Virus record (IMG/VR): IMGVR_UViG_3300037419_002193
Span: 1 to 28,984 of that record
Direction: 5' to 3' (one strand)
Origin: a virus
Lineage: Duplodnaviria; Caudoviricetes
Length of the DNA: 28,984 nucleotides
In this document: positions 8,016-14,969 of the stretch, one piece after another
Layout of the letters: each line of letters starts with the position of its first letter
Numbering within the stretch: the first letter of the stretch is position 1
Made by a program: the position numbers and the translations under genes
Notes under the pieces: generated by a model
The model's input: only the letters and a program-made list of their open reading frames with translations
Database searches by the model: none
What the model was told of the DNA's origin: nothing

Positions 8016-8627
8016 GTGGCCAAGCGTCCCAAAAATCGCGAATTACGCGCGCCACGGCCGTCCCGGGCGGCGACCCGCACGGGGGCGTGGAAGGCGAAGT
8101 TCCTCGCCGCGCTGGCCGAGACGGGCAACGTGACCGAGAGCGCCCGCCGGGCCAACGTCGAGCGCCGCACCGCCCAGATTCACCACCAGGAGGACAAGGC
8201 CTTCGCCGAGGGGTGGGCCGAGGCCCTGGAGATCTACGCCGACTCCCTCGAGGCCGTGGCCGACCACCGCGCGACCCACGGGGTGGAGGAGCTCAAGATC
8301 TTCGACGGCCAGCCGGTGTTCGTGCTGCTGGACGCCCAGGGCCGCGTGAGCCCCAAGCCGTTCCTGCCCGGCTCGAAGGTGCCCAAGGGGTACTCGGTCG
8401 CCCCCGTGGTCGTGCGGCGGCCGTCGGACGCCCTGCTGATGAAGCGGCTGGCGGCCGTGCGGCCGGAGAAGTACCGCGAGCGAGTGCAGGTGACCCATGA
8501 CAAGCCCGACGGCCCCCGAACCCCCGCTGAGCGAGCAAGTGAGGCGGCTGCGCTGCTTGCTGAGCTCCGCGGCGTCGTCGGCGTTGACCCCGGAGCAGCT
8601 CCGGCGGGCCCAGCGGTTCCTGGCTGA
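8016..8627 (+). CDS. terS: terminase small subunit
   Basis: N-terminal HTH KFLAALAETGNVTESARRANV, DxxFAEGWAEA, SDALLMKRL...RPEKYRER; directly upstream of TerL. Confidence 0.85.
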   Translation: MAKRPKNRELRAPRPSRAATRTGAWKAKFLAALAETGNVTESARRANVERRTAQIHHQEDKAFAEGWAEALEIYADSLEAVADHRATHGVEELKIFDGQPVFVLLDAQGRVSPKPFLPGSKVPKGYSVAPVVVRRPSDALLMKRLAAVRPEKYRERVQVTHDKPDGPRTPAERASEAAALLAELRGVVGVDPGAAPAGPAVPG

Positions 8628-9993
8628 CCACGCGGTCGAGGTCGCCGAGCTCCGCGCCAGCGGCAAGCAGCGGCGGTTCCAGGAGGCGTTCTTCTCGCGG
8701 CGGGACCCGGCCGACGGCCGGCCGCTCAACGTGTTCGTGGCCATGGGGGGCAACCGCTCCGGCAAGTCGATCGTGTGCGGGTGGATGTGCTTCGCCAAGT
8801 ACCTGCGCGACCACGCCCGGAACGGGGACTGGTTCTGGACCGTCGCCCAGACCCTCGAGCGGAGCGTCGGCGGCATCCAGCAGGAGCTGTGGAAGGCCCT
8901 GCCCCGGTGGATGTTCGGCGCCCGCGGCAAGCGGTCGACCCACGCCTGGCGGACCGAGGCCCAGCACTGGGACGAGAAGATCGGCTTCGGCATGCACCGC
9001 AAGATCGTCCTGCCGACGGCCGACGGCGGGCAGTGCCTGGTCGAGTTCCGCTCGGCCGACCAGGCCCCCAGCACGTTCGAGCAGGCCAAGCTCTCGGGGG
9101 TGTGGTGCGACGAGCGGCTGCCGGAGGAGATCTTCAACCGCCTGATCCCCCGCGTGATCGACCGCAACGGCTGGATCCTCTACAGCGACATCCCCGAGCA
9201 GTTCTGGCACGTGACGCGGCTCAAGGAGGCCAAGCCCGACGCCGGGGTTTACTATCAGCACATGACCATGTACGACAACGAGGCGAACCTCCCGCCCGGG
9301 GCGATCCCCCGCGCGTCGGCCCTGATGACCGAGGACGAGAAGCGGCTCCGGGTCGAGGGCGAGCACGTGGTCATGGAGGGGCTGGTGTACAAGGAGTACT
9401 CCGAGGAGGCGAACGGGCACCTGGTCGACCCGTTCCCGATCCCGGCCGCGTGGCCGCGGTGGCGGGCGATCGACTACGGCGCCAGCGCCCCGACGGCCTG
9501 CCTGTGGCTGGCCATGAGCCCCAACGAGACGGCGTACCTGTACCGCGAGTACTACCAGGCGGGGCTCAGCGTGGGGAAGAACGCGGCGGCGATCGTGACG
9601 ATGAGCGGGGGCGAGGAGTACCGCCAGACGCTGATGGACCCGCACGCGGTCGACCCCCCGCCGGTGACGTACGGGGCGGCCAAGACGATCGCCCAGCAGT
9701 ACGCCGAGGCGGGCATCCGGTCGACTGGCTGGCCGTTCGTGCAGGTGATGGGGGAGCACTCGATGGTGCAGCGGGTCAAGTACCGCCTGGAGAACCGGAC
9801 GCTGAAGGTGTTCCGGACGCTGACCAACTGCCGGCGGGAGTTCCGCTCCTGGAAGTACAAGACCGACAAGGACGGGCGGCCGCTGGCGGCCGACGCGTTC
9901 GAGAACGGCAACAACCACCTGCTGGACTGCCTCAAGGGGTGGCTGGGCACCAACCCGAGCTACGTGCGGGCGGGGGTGCGGGTGGCCGAGTGA
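8497..9993 (+). CDS. terL: terminase large subunit
   Basis: Walker A GGNRSGKS, Walker B VWCDE, nuclease RAIDYG and NHLLDCL; overlaps terS by 131 nt. Confidence 0.95.
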   Translation: MTSPTAPEPPLSEQVRRLRCLLSSAASSALTPEQLRRAQRFLADHAVEVAELRASGKQRRFQEAFFSRRDPADGRPLNVFVAMGGNRSGKSIVCGWMCFAKYLRDHARNGDWFWTVAQTLERSVGGIQQELWKALPRWMFGARGKRSTHAWRTEAQHWDEKIGFGMHRKIVLPTADGGQCLVEFRSADQAPSTFEQAKLSGVWCDERLPEEIFNRLIPRVIDRNGWILYSDIPEQFWHVTRLKEAKPDAGVYYQHMTMYDNEANLPPGAIPRASALMTEDEKRLRVEGEHVVMEGLVYKEYSEEANGHLVDPFPIPAAWPRWRAIDYGASAPTACLWLAMSPNETAYLYREYYQAGLSVGKNAAAIVTMSGGEEYRQTLMDPHAVDPPPVTYGAAKTIAQQYAEAGIRSTGWPFVQVMGEHSMVQRVKYRLENRTLKVFRTLTNCRREFRSWKYKTDKDGRPLAADAFENGNNHLLDCLKGWLGTNPSYVRAGVRVAE

Positions 9994-10002
9994 GGCCGGG
10001 GG

Positions 10003-10010
10003 CGAATAAC
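10003..10010 (+). promoter_or_regulatory. CGAATAAC motif copy 3
   Basis: Exact 8-mer in intergenic gap; GAGGAG at 10027 and ATG 10040 follow. Confidence 0.75.
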
Positions 10011-10039
10011 GCGGGCAACCCTTACCGAGGAGCACGCGC

Positions 10040-10345
10040 ATGTACCCCAACGCCAACGCCCGCCACACGGCCCCCGCCCCCGCCAACGTCTGCACCGGCC
10101 CGGCCCGGCCGATGAACGTCGAGGAGAACGTCCGCGAGACCGCCAGCGTGCTGGCCGAGCTCAACCGCCGGCTGGACGCGATCGACGCGCTGGTCAGCGG
10201 CCCCCGGCCGACGGAGGGCGGCGAGAGCGACGGCTGCAAGCCCGCGGCCTACCTGTCGTGCACGGCCAACGAGAACCGCGTGCAGGCACTGCGGGCGCTC
10301 GACCAGGTCGAGCGGATCCGCCGCGCCCTGCTGGCGGGCGAATAA
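10040..10345 (+). CDS. hypothetical protein
   Basis: GAGGAG SD; ends on the TAA inside motif copy 4. Confidence 0.7.
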   Translation: MYPNANARHTAPAPANVCTGPARPMNVEENVRETASVLAELNRRLDAIDALVSGPRPTEGGESDGCKPAAYLSCTANENRVQALRALDQVERIRRALLAGE

Positions 10346-10346
10346 C
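10339..10346 (+). promoter_or_regulatory. CGAATAAC motif copy 4, 6 nt before ATG 10353
   Basis: Exact 8-mer. Confidence 0.75.
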
Positions 10347-10352
10347 GCGGGC

Positions 10353-10622
10353 ATGACCACCACCCCCACCCCGACCGACGACACGAACGCCCTGATCGAG
10401 CTGGCGGCCCAGAAGCTGGCGCAGATCAAGTCGATCGACCAGCAGTCCAAGCAGTACGCGGCGACCCTCGACGCGTGGGCCAAGCAGCGGGCGACGCTGG
10501 CCGCCGAGGTGGCCCAGCTCAAGGACGCCATCAAGGCCGGCACCGCCTGGCCCGCCCCGGCGCCCGCGGCGACGACCGACCCGGCGCCCGCGGCCGCGGC
10601 CCAACCCCAGCCGCAGTTCTGA
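10353..10622 (+). CDS. small coiled-coil protein
   Basis: Heptad-like LAQIKSIDQQSKQYAATLDAWAKQRATLAAEVAQLKDAI; leaderless context. Confidence 0.75.
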   Translation: MTTTPTPTDDTNALIELAAQKLAQIKSIDQQSKQYAATLDAWAKQRATLAAEVAQLKDAIKAGTAWPAPAPAATTDPAPAAAAQPQPQF

Positions 10623-10631
10623 CCGGCCCGG

Positions 10632-10639
10632 CGAATAAC
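10632..10639 (+). promoter_or_regulatory. CGAATAAC motif copy 5, 6 nt before ATG 10646
   Basis: Exact 8-mer. Confidence 0.75.
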
Positions 10640-10645
10640 GGCCGC

Positions 10646-11158
10646 ATGATCAAACCCACCGTCGGCCGCATCGTCCACTTCCACGCCGGGCGCGGCGACC
10701 GCTCCCCCGGCCAGCCCTACGCCGCCATCATCACCCACGTCTGGTCGGACACGCGCGTGAACCTGTGCGTGTTCGGCCCCGACGGCCGCCCCGAGCCGCG
10801 CACGAGCGTGATGCTTTGGCAGGAGGAGGGCACGCCGCCGCCGTCGTACCTGGAAGATCAGTACTGCACGTGGATGCCCTACCAGAAGGGCCAGGCCGCC
10901 AAGGCCGACGCCGCGGCCGCCGAGCAGCCCGCCCGCCCCGCCGGCCGCCTGGCCACCCTCCGTCGCCTGGTCGACGACGCCCGCCAGCTCGCCGCCGGCG
11001 GCCTGCACGCCAACTGCGCCGACCCGACCGCCGACGCCGGCACGCTGGGCGTGCTGGTCGACGCGGTCAAGTACCTCAACCTCGCCGCCAAGGAGCTCGA
11101 GCAGGCCCCCGACTTCGTCGTCGGCCACGGGGCCGCGTTCACGAGCGGCGGCGAATAA
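10646..11158 (+). CDS. conserved phage hypothetical protein (MIKPTVGRIVHF...WMPYQKGQAAK type)
   Basis: Start reassigned from 10475; N-terminal beta-rich domain resembles a recurrent phage family; ends on the TAA of motif copy 6. Confidence 0.8.
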   Translation: MIKPTVGRIVHFHAGRGDRSPGQPYAAIITHVWSDTRVNLCVFGPDGRPEPRTSVMLWQEEGTPPPSYLEDQYCTWMPYQKGQAAKADAAAAEQPARPAGRLATLRRLVDDARQLAAGGLHANCADPTADAGTLGVLVDAVKYLNLAAKELEQAPDFVVGHGAAFTSGGE

Positions 11159-11159
11159 C
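11152..11159 (+). promoter_or_regulatory. CGAATAAC motif copy 6, 9 nt before ATG 11169
   Basis: Exact 8-mer. Confidence 0.75.
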
Positions 11160-11168
11160 CCCCGCGTC

Positions 11169-11402
11169 ATGGGCGCCGGGCTCACCCTCATCGTCATTAC
11201 GGCCCTCCTCGCGACCCCGGTCGGCGTGCTGATTGGAGCCGCCGCCGGGGCCGGGTTGACCTACCGGCTGATGAAGGGCCTCGCGCCCCTGCCGCCGATC
11301 CCCGCCGGCCTGACCCGCCGCCGCAAGGTGAGCGTCGTCGAGCCCGGCCAGGACGCCGCCGGCAAGCCCCACCGCCCGCCGTTGCCCGACGTCGGGGCCT
11401 GA
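11169..11402 (+). CDS. small membrane protein
   Basis: N-terminal hydrophobic LTLIVITALLATPVGVLIGAAAGAGL then basic tail. Confidence 0.7.
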   Translation: MGAGLTLIVITALLATPVGVLIGAAAGAGLTYRLMKGLAPLPPIPAGLTRRRKVSVVEPGQDAAGKPHRPPLPDVGA

Positions 11403-11438
11403 TCACCACCACCGCACCGCGCAGAGGAGCCACCGCCA

Positions 11439-11882
11439 ATGAACCGAGCCGTCGAGAAGATCGAGGGGGACGAGAGCCACGACATGATGACGTTCACCTT
11501 GGAGGGTGAGCGCGAGTACCAGGAGTACGCGCGGGTCTTCCCCGACCCCCTGCCGTCGACCCACCGCCTGGCCTACCGCTGGGACGAGAACGACCGCGGC
11601 CAGCGCGTGCTCAAGGTGCGGGTCGTGCCCGTCCCCGCCGGCGGCCCGGGCAAGCAGCCGCCGGCTCCCCCGGCCACGCCGACCAACGACGGCACGCCCA
11701 ACGACCGCGCCGCGGCGACCGAGGCCCGGCGGAAGGAGCTCGACGCCAGGACCAAGGCCGACCTGCAGACCCTCGGGGCCGAGCTCGGCCTCGACCTGGT
11801 CGACGCCCAGACCAAGGCCCAGATGGTCGCCCTGATCCTCGAGGCCGAGGCGAACAAGGCCGCCGCCGCCGCCAAGAAGTAG
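11439..11882 (+). CDS. hypothetical protein with C-terminal Rho-N/HeH-like helix-extension-helix
   Basis: GAGGAG SD; ELDARTKADLQTLGAELGL...TKAQMVALILEA. Confidence 0.75.
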   Translation: MNRAVEKIEGDESHDMMTFTLEGEREYQEYARVFPDPLPSTHRLAYRWDENDRGQRVLKVRVVPVPAGGPGKQPPAPPATPTNDGTPNDRAAATEARRKELDARTKADLQTLGAELGLDLVDAQTKAQMVALILEAEANKAAAAAKK

Positions 11883-12048
11883 CGCCGGCCACCCGATCCA
11901 GTGCGGCGGGTGAGCCGTGAGAGCCCGACAGCACCGCGGGATCATCGACCCGGCCGGCCCCACGAGCCGCCGGGCCCGCAACTCCAAGCCCCGCCGGCCG
12001 GCCGGGGCGCGATCCACGGCGCCGGCCGCGAACCACACGAGGAGCCCC

Positions 12049-12252
12049 ATGCTTCGATTGCTGACCGGTTTCCTGATCGTCGTTGTCAACTCGTGCGTGC
12101 TGGGCTACGTCGTCGGCCGGATGCACTCCGCCAGCCCCCTCTCGCTCAACTTCGACAACGGGGTGATGTGCGGCGTGGCCTACGCGCTGGGACTGACCGT
12201 TGGAAGCTATTTAATGGGCTCCGGCCTACGAGCAGTCGGGACCGGGGATTGA
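12049..12252 (+). CDS. small two-TM membrane protein (moron-like)
   Basis: GAGGAG SD then ATG 12049; two hydrophobic segments; more A/T-ending codons than neighbours; followed by terminator. Confidence 0.65.
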   Translation: MLRLLTGFLIVVVNSCVLGYVVGRMHSASPLSLNFDNGVMCGVAYALGLTVGSYLMGSGLRAVGTGD

Positions 12253-12271
12253 CCCTCCGCCGGACACCCGC

Positions 12272-12305
12272 GACGCCGCCACCCGCCGGTGGCGGCGTTT
12301 TTCTT
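12272..12305 (+). terminator. Rho-independent terminator
   Basis: Perfect 11-bp stem ACGCCGCCACC (12273-12283)/GGTGGCGGCGT (12288-12298), 4-nt loop, then TTTTCTT. Confidence 0.85.
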
Positions 12306-12312
12306 GCGCCCG

Positions 12313-12320
12313 CGAATAAC
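12313..12320 (+). promoter_or_regulatory. CGAATAAC motif copy 7, 9 nt before portal ATG
   Basis: Exact 8-mer right after the terminator. Confidence 0.8.
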
Positions 12321-12329
12321 GCCCGCGGC

Positions 12330-14723
12330 ATGACCACCCTCCCCCAACTCCCCCCCATCGGGCAGATCGGCCCCGCCGACCACGCCACCGTGATCACCTT
12401 CCTGCAGGGCCTGGCCCAGGAGGCCCAACTCGAGCTGTCGAAGTGGTCCCGCCTGGTCGACGACAACCGCCGGTACTTCCACTGGGGCGGCCCCGACGAG
12501 CCCGACGACGACGAGGTCCGCGTCAACGACATCCAGAACGACGTGATCGCGATCACGGACCTGCAGACCAAGGAGCCCGCCCACCCGACCCTGGAGCCCG
12601 TCGAGACCGGCGAGCCGGGCGAGTGCTACTGGGCCGGGCCGCCCGCCGTCGGCGAGGCCCTGGGCCTGGCGGCGCAGCAGGTGGGCGAGTGGCTCGACGA
12701 GGGCGGCCAGGTGCGCCCGCCCCTGCCGATCGACCCGGACCGGGCCGACGACCTCCGCGACGCCGTCGCCGCCGGCGGGATCCCCACCGGGGCCGTCGAC
12801 CCCGTGACCGGCCAGCCGCAAGTGCAGCGGCTCAAGGAGCGGTGGCTGGTGCAGGTCGACGACCAGCTCGTCGCCGACACGTACCAGAGCCTGTTCGACG
12901 TCTACTGGCGGCGGAGCGGGACGGACCTGTGGAACCGCCAGAACCTGCTGAAGAACAACGTCCAGGGGTGGGCGTGGGGCTTGCTCGAGTTCGACGAGAC
13001 CCGCCAGCGGTTCGCCCTGCGGCACCTGTCGGTCAAGCAGGTGCTGGTCGACCCGACCGTCGCCGACATCGCCGACGCGGCCTACGCGGGGGTCAACCTG
13101 GCCATGGACGCCGGCGAGGCCAAGGCCCTCTACCCCCACCTGGCCGACGTGATCGACGAGAACGCCCAGCAGGGCGCCCCGGCCCGGTTCGACGCCTCGA
13201 CCAGCTACGGCGGGGCGTTCGACGACGTGAACTTCCAGCGGGGGATGGTCGCCCTGTCGGTCTGGTGGCTGCGCAACCACGCCTGCCCGTACACGCCCGA
13301 GCAGGCCGTGGCGCTGGGGCTGGTCGAGCAGCGCGAGGTTTCCGCCGGCGCGGTAGGGTCGGACGCTGAGGAGATCGATCATGGCTTGGGAACCGATCCC
13401 GGGAACGAAAATGGAGCGCTGGGCCAGCCGGTCGCCGGAGGAGCGGCTGGAAATCCGGGAGTGGGCGGACGAGCAGAGCTGGGAGACGCCGACGATGCCG
13501 CTGCTGGCGCCGACGATCGCGGGGGTCCGGGTGAGCCCGGGGGACGAGCTGTGGATGAGGAGGGAGCTGCGCCTGTGGTTCCAGCAGGCCAGGGGCTGGC
13601 GGCCGACGCTGGAGGAGACGCGGGAGGCGCGGGAGAGGAACACGAGCCGCCGGCGGGCGCGGATGGCGCGGCGGCCGCCCCTGCTGCCGCTGCGACCCGC
13701 GTCGGCCTCTTCCTGGCCGGCACGGACGAGGAGGTCACCCCGCTGACGCGCGCGGACGGGGACGGCGTCGACGCCCCCCACCCCAAGTGGCCGACGTACC
13801 CGTGCATCCGCCAGATCACCGTGATCGCCGGCTCGGTGGTTGTCGACGACGCGCCCTGCCAGCGCCTCGACATCCCCCTGCTGCACAACGTCTGCATCCC
13901 CGTCCTCGACCGCCCGTACGGGATCGGCGAGCCGTTCCGGCTCAAGACCCTGCAGCGGGCCCGGAGCAAGGCCCTGGGGACGATCGTCGAGCACGGCCAG
14001 TACTTCGGCCGGCCGATGATGGCCGTCCCGGCGTCGATCGCCGCGGCGCTCGAGGAGGAGTACGGGGACGCCCGGGCGGCCGCGGGCAAGACGCTGATCG
14101 TCGACGACGCCCTGTGGCAACAGCTCGGCGGGAAGATCGAGGCCGTCTTCGACCCCCCGCAGACCCCGCCCGCGCTGATCGCCCTGGTCGGGATGCTCAA
14201 GCAGGAGACGACCGACCAGTCCGGCAACACCGACGTCCTGGAGGGCAAGACCAGCCCGGGCGTCACGGCCGCCAGCGCGATCAACCTGCTGCAGCAGGCC
14301 GGCGTCTCCCAGATCGGGTTCAAGGCCAACCGCACGGCCGACATGGTCCGCCGGCAGGGGGAGCTGATGCTGCACGACCTGGTGCGGTTCCTCTCCGTCG
14401 ACGACGTCGCCCGCGTGGTCAGCCGCTACCCGCGGCACGTGCTGGAGGCGATCGTCGAGCGGGCCCGGCGGATCGAGTGGGACGTGTCGGTCGAGGTGTC
14501 GGCCGGCAACGGGGCGATGCAGGCCCAGAAGCGGCAGGAGGCGATCGAGAAGCGCAAGGCGGGGGCGATCAGCCTGGAGTCGCTCCAGGAGGCCCTGGGC
14601 GTCGACCCGCGGCTGGAGAAGCGGCGGATGGGGCAGGAGGCGGCGGAGCAGCTCCAGGCCCAGGCGCAGGCGGCGGCCCAGGTGCAGGGGGCGGGGGCGT
14701 CGGCGCCGCCGCCGCCGGCTTGA
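12330..14723 (+). CDS. portal protein (P22-like) with large insertions
   Basis: Position between TerL and scaffold/capsid; VLVDP, PYGIGEPFRLKTLQ and SGNTDVLEG...TAASAINLLQQAG motifs; Gln-rich C-terminus. Start reassigned from 11901. Confidence 0.85.
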   Translation: MTTLPQLPPIGQIGPADHATVITFLQGLAQEAQLELSKWSRLVDDNRRYFHWGGPDEPDDDEVRVNDIQNDVIAITDLQTKEPAHPTLEPVETGEPGECYWAGPPAVGEALGLAAQQVGEWLDEGGQVRPPLPIDPDRADDLRDAVAAGGIPTGAVDPVTGQPQVQRLKERWLVQVDDQLVADTYQSLFDVYWRRSGTDLWNRQNLLKNNVQGWAWGLLEFDETRQRFALRHLSVKQVLVDPTVADIADAAYAGVNLAMDAGEAKALYPHLADVIDENAQQGAPARFDASTSYGGAFDDVNFQRGMVALSVWWLRNHACPYTPEQAVALGLVEQREVSAGAVGSDAEEIDHGLGTDPGNENGALGQPVAGGAAGNPGVGGRAELGDADDAAAGADDRGGPGEPGGRAVDEEGAAPVVPAGQGLAADAGGDAGGAGEEHEPPAGADGAAAAPAAAATRVGLFLAGTDEEVTPLTRADGDGVDAPHPKWPTYPCIRQITVIAGSVVVDDAPCQRLDIPLLHNVCIPVLDRPYGIGEPFRLKTLQRARSKALGTIVEHGQYFGRPMMAVPASIAAALEEEYGDARAAAGKTLIVDDALWQQLGGKIEAVFDPPQTPPALIALVGMLKQETTDQSGNTDVLEGKTSPGVTAASAINLLQQAGVSQIGFKANRTADMVRRQGELMLHDLVRFLSVDDVARVVSRYPRHVLEAIVERARRIEWDVSVEVSAGNGAMQAQKRQEAIEKRKAGAISLESLQEALGVDPRLEKRRMGQEAAEQLQAQAQAAAQVQGAGASAPPPPA
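13351..13359 (+). promoter_or_regulatory. putative -10 element CGGTAGGGT for the nested gene
   Basis: Same CGGTAGRRT pattern as at 6981 and 14917(-); GAGGAG SD begins 9 nt downstream. Confidence 0.4.
13381..13746 (+). CDS. nested gene in the +1 frame inside the portal gene
   Basis: GAGGAG at 13368-13373, 7 nt before ATG; G/C-ending codon bias moves from portal frame to this frame across about 13381-13690; portal frame there is a Gly/Ala/Asp low-complexity loop. Confidence 0.7.
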   Translation: MAWEPIPGTKMERWASRSPEERLEIREWADEQSWETPTMPLLAPTIAGVRVSPGDELWMRRELRLWFQQARGWRPTLEETREARERNTSRRRARMARRPPLLPLRPASASSWPARTRRSPR

Positions 14724-14901
14724 GCGTGCCGCGCGCGATCCATTCGGGGTCGACAACGATCGGCGCGATCAGGGGGTTGTTGTCCTCGCACACCCACCAC
14801 CGGCCGCGCGGGGCCGGCGGTTCGTCCAGCACGGGGCTCAGAAACGTGTAGGACTTCCCGTCCACGTCGATCGTGCACCCGACCCTCGGCCTCTGGCTCA
14901 T
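14569..14901 (-). CDS. small counter-oriented hypothetical protein
   Basis: Fills the portal-scaffold gap; MSQRPRVGCTIDVDGKSYTFLSPVL...WWVCEDNNPLIAPIVVDPEWI with G/C-ending codons; Pro-rich tail runs antisense over the portal 3' end. Confidence 0.65.
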   Translation of the reverse strand: MSQRPRVGCTIDVDGKSYTFLSPVLDEPPAPRGRWWVCEDNNPLIAPIVVDPEWIARGTLKPAAAAPTPPPPAPGPPPAPGPGAAPPPPAPSAASPAAGRRPGPPGATPG

Positions 14902-14908
14902 CCCCGCC

Positions 14909-14917
14909 ACTCTACCG
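14909..14917 (-). promoter_or_regulatory. putative -10 element CGGTAGAGT, 7 nt before ATG 14901 (leaderless)
   Basis: TAGAGT fits TAnnnT; spacing puts the TSS on the ATG. Confidence 0.55.
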
Positions 14918-14924
14918 CCTGCGC

Positions 14925-14932
14925 CGAATAAC
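14925..14932 (+). promoter_or_regulatory. CGAATAAC motif copy 8, upstream of scaffold gene
   Basis: Exact 8-mer; GAGGAG at 14954 and ATG 14970 follow. Confidence 0.75.
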
Positions 14933-14969
14933 CGTCGCGTCCTTCAACCCCACGAGGAGCGACGCACGC

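Noticed and set aside
10003-11159. CRISPR-like or attC-like array formed by the closely spaced motif copies
   Set aside because: The repeat is only 8-10 nt, non-palindromic, irregularly spaced and separated by whole ORFs; no cas or integron integrase
11901-11990. Known riboswitch (fragments CCCGACAGC and CCCGCAACT recall c-di-AMP and cobalamin aptamers)
   Set aside because: Only isolated short matches; the other conserved elements are missing
11901-12329. ORF-track N-terminal extension of the portal
   Set aside because: Crosses a separate minigene and an intrinsic terminator; ATG 12330 follows the late motif
13340-13700. Intein or self-splicing intron in the portal gene
   Set aside because: No C/S...HN-C/S/T intein ends, no homing endonuclease motifs, no group I/II intron hallmarks; the portal frame is open
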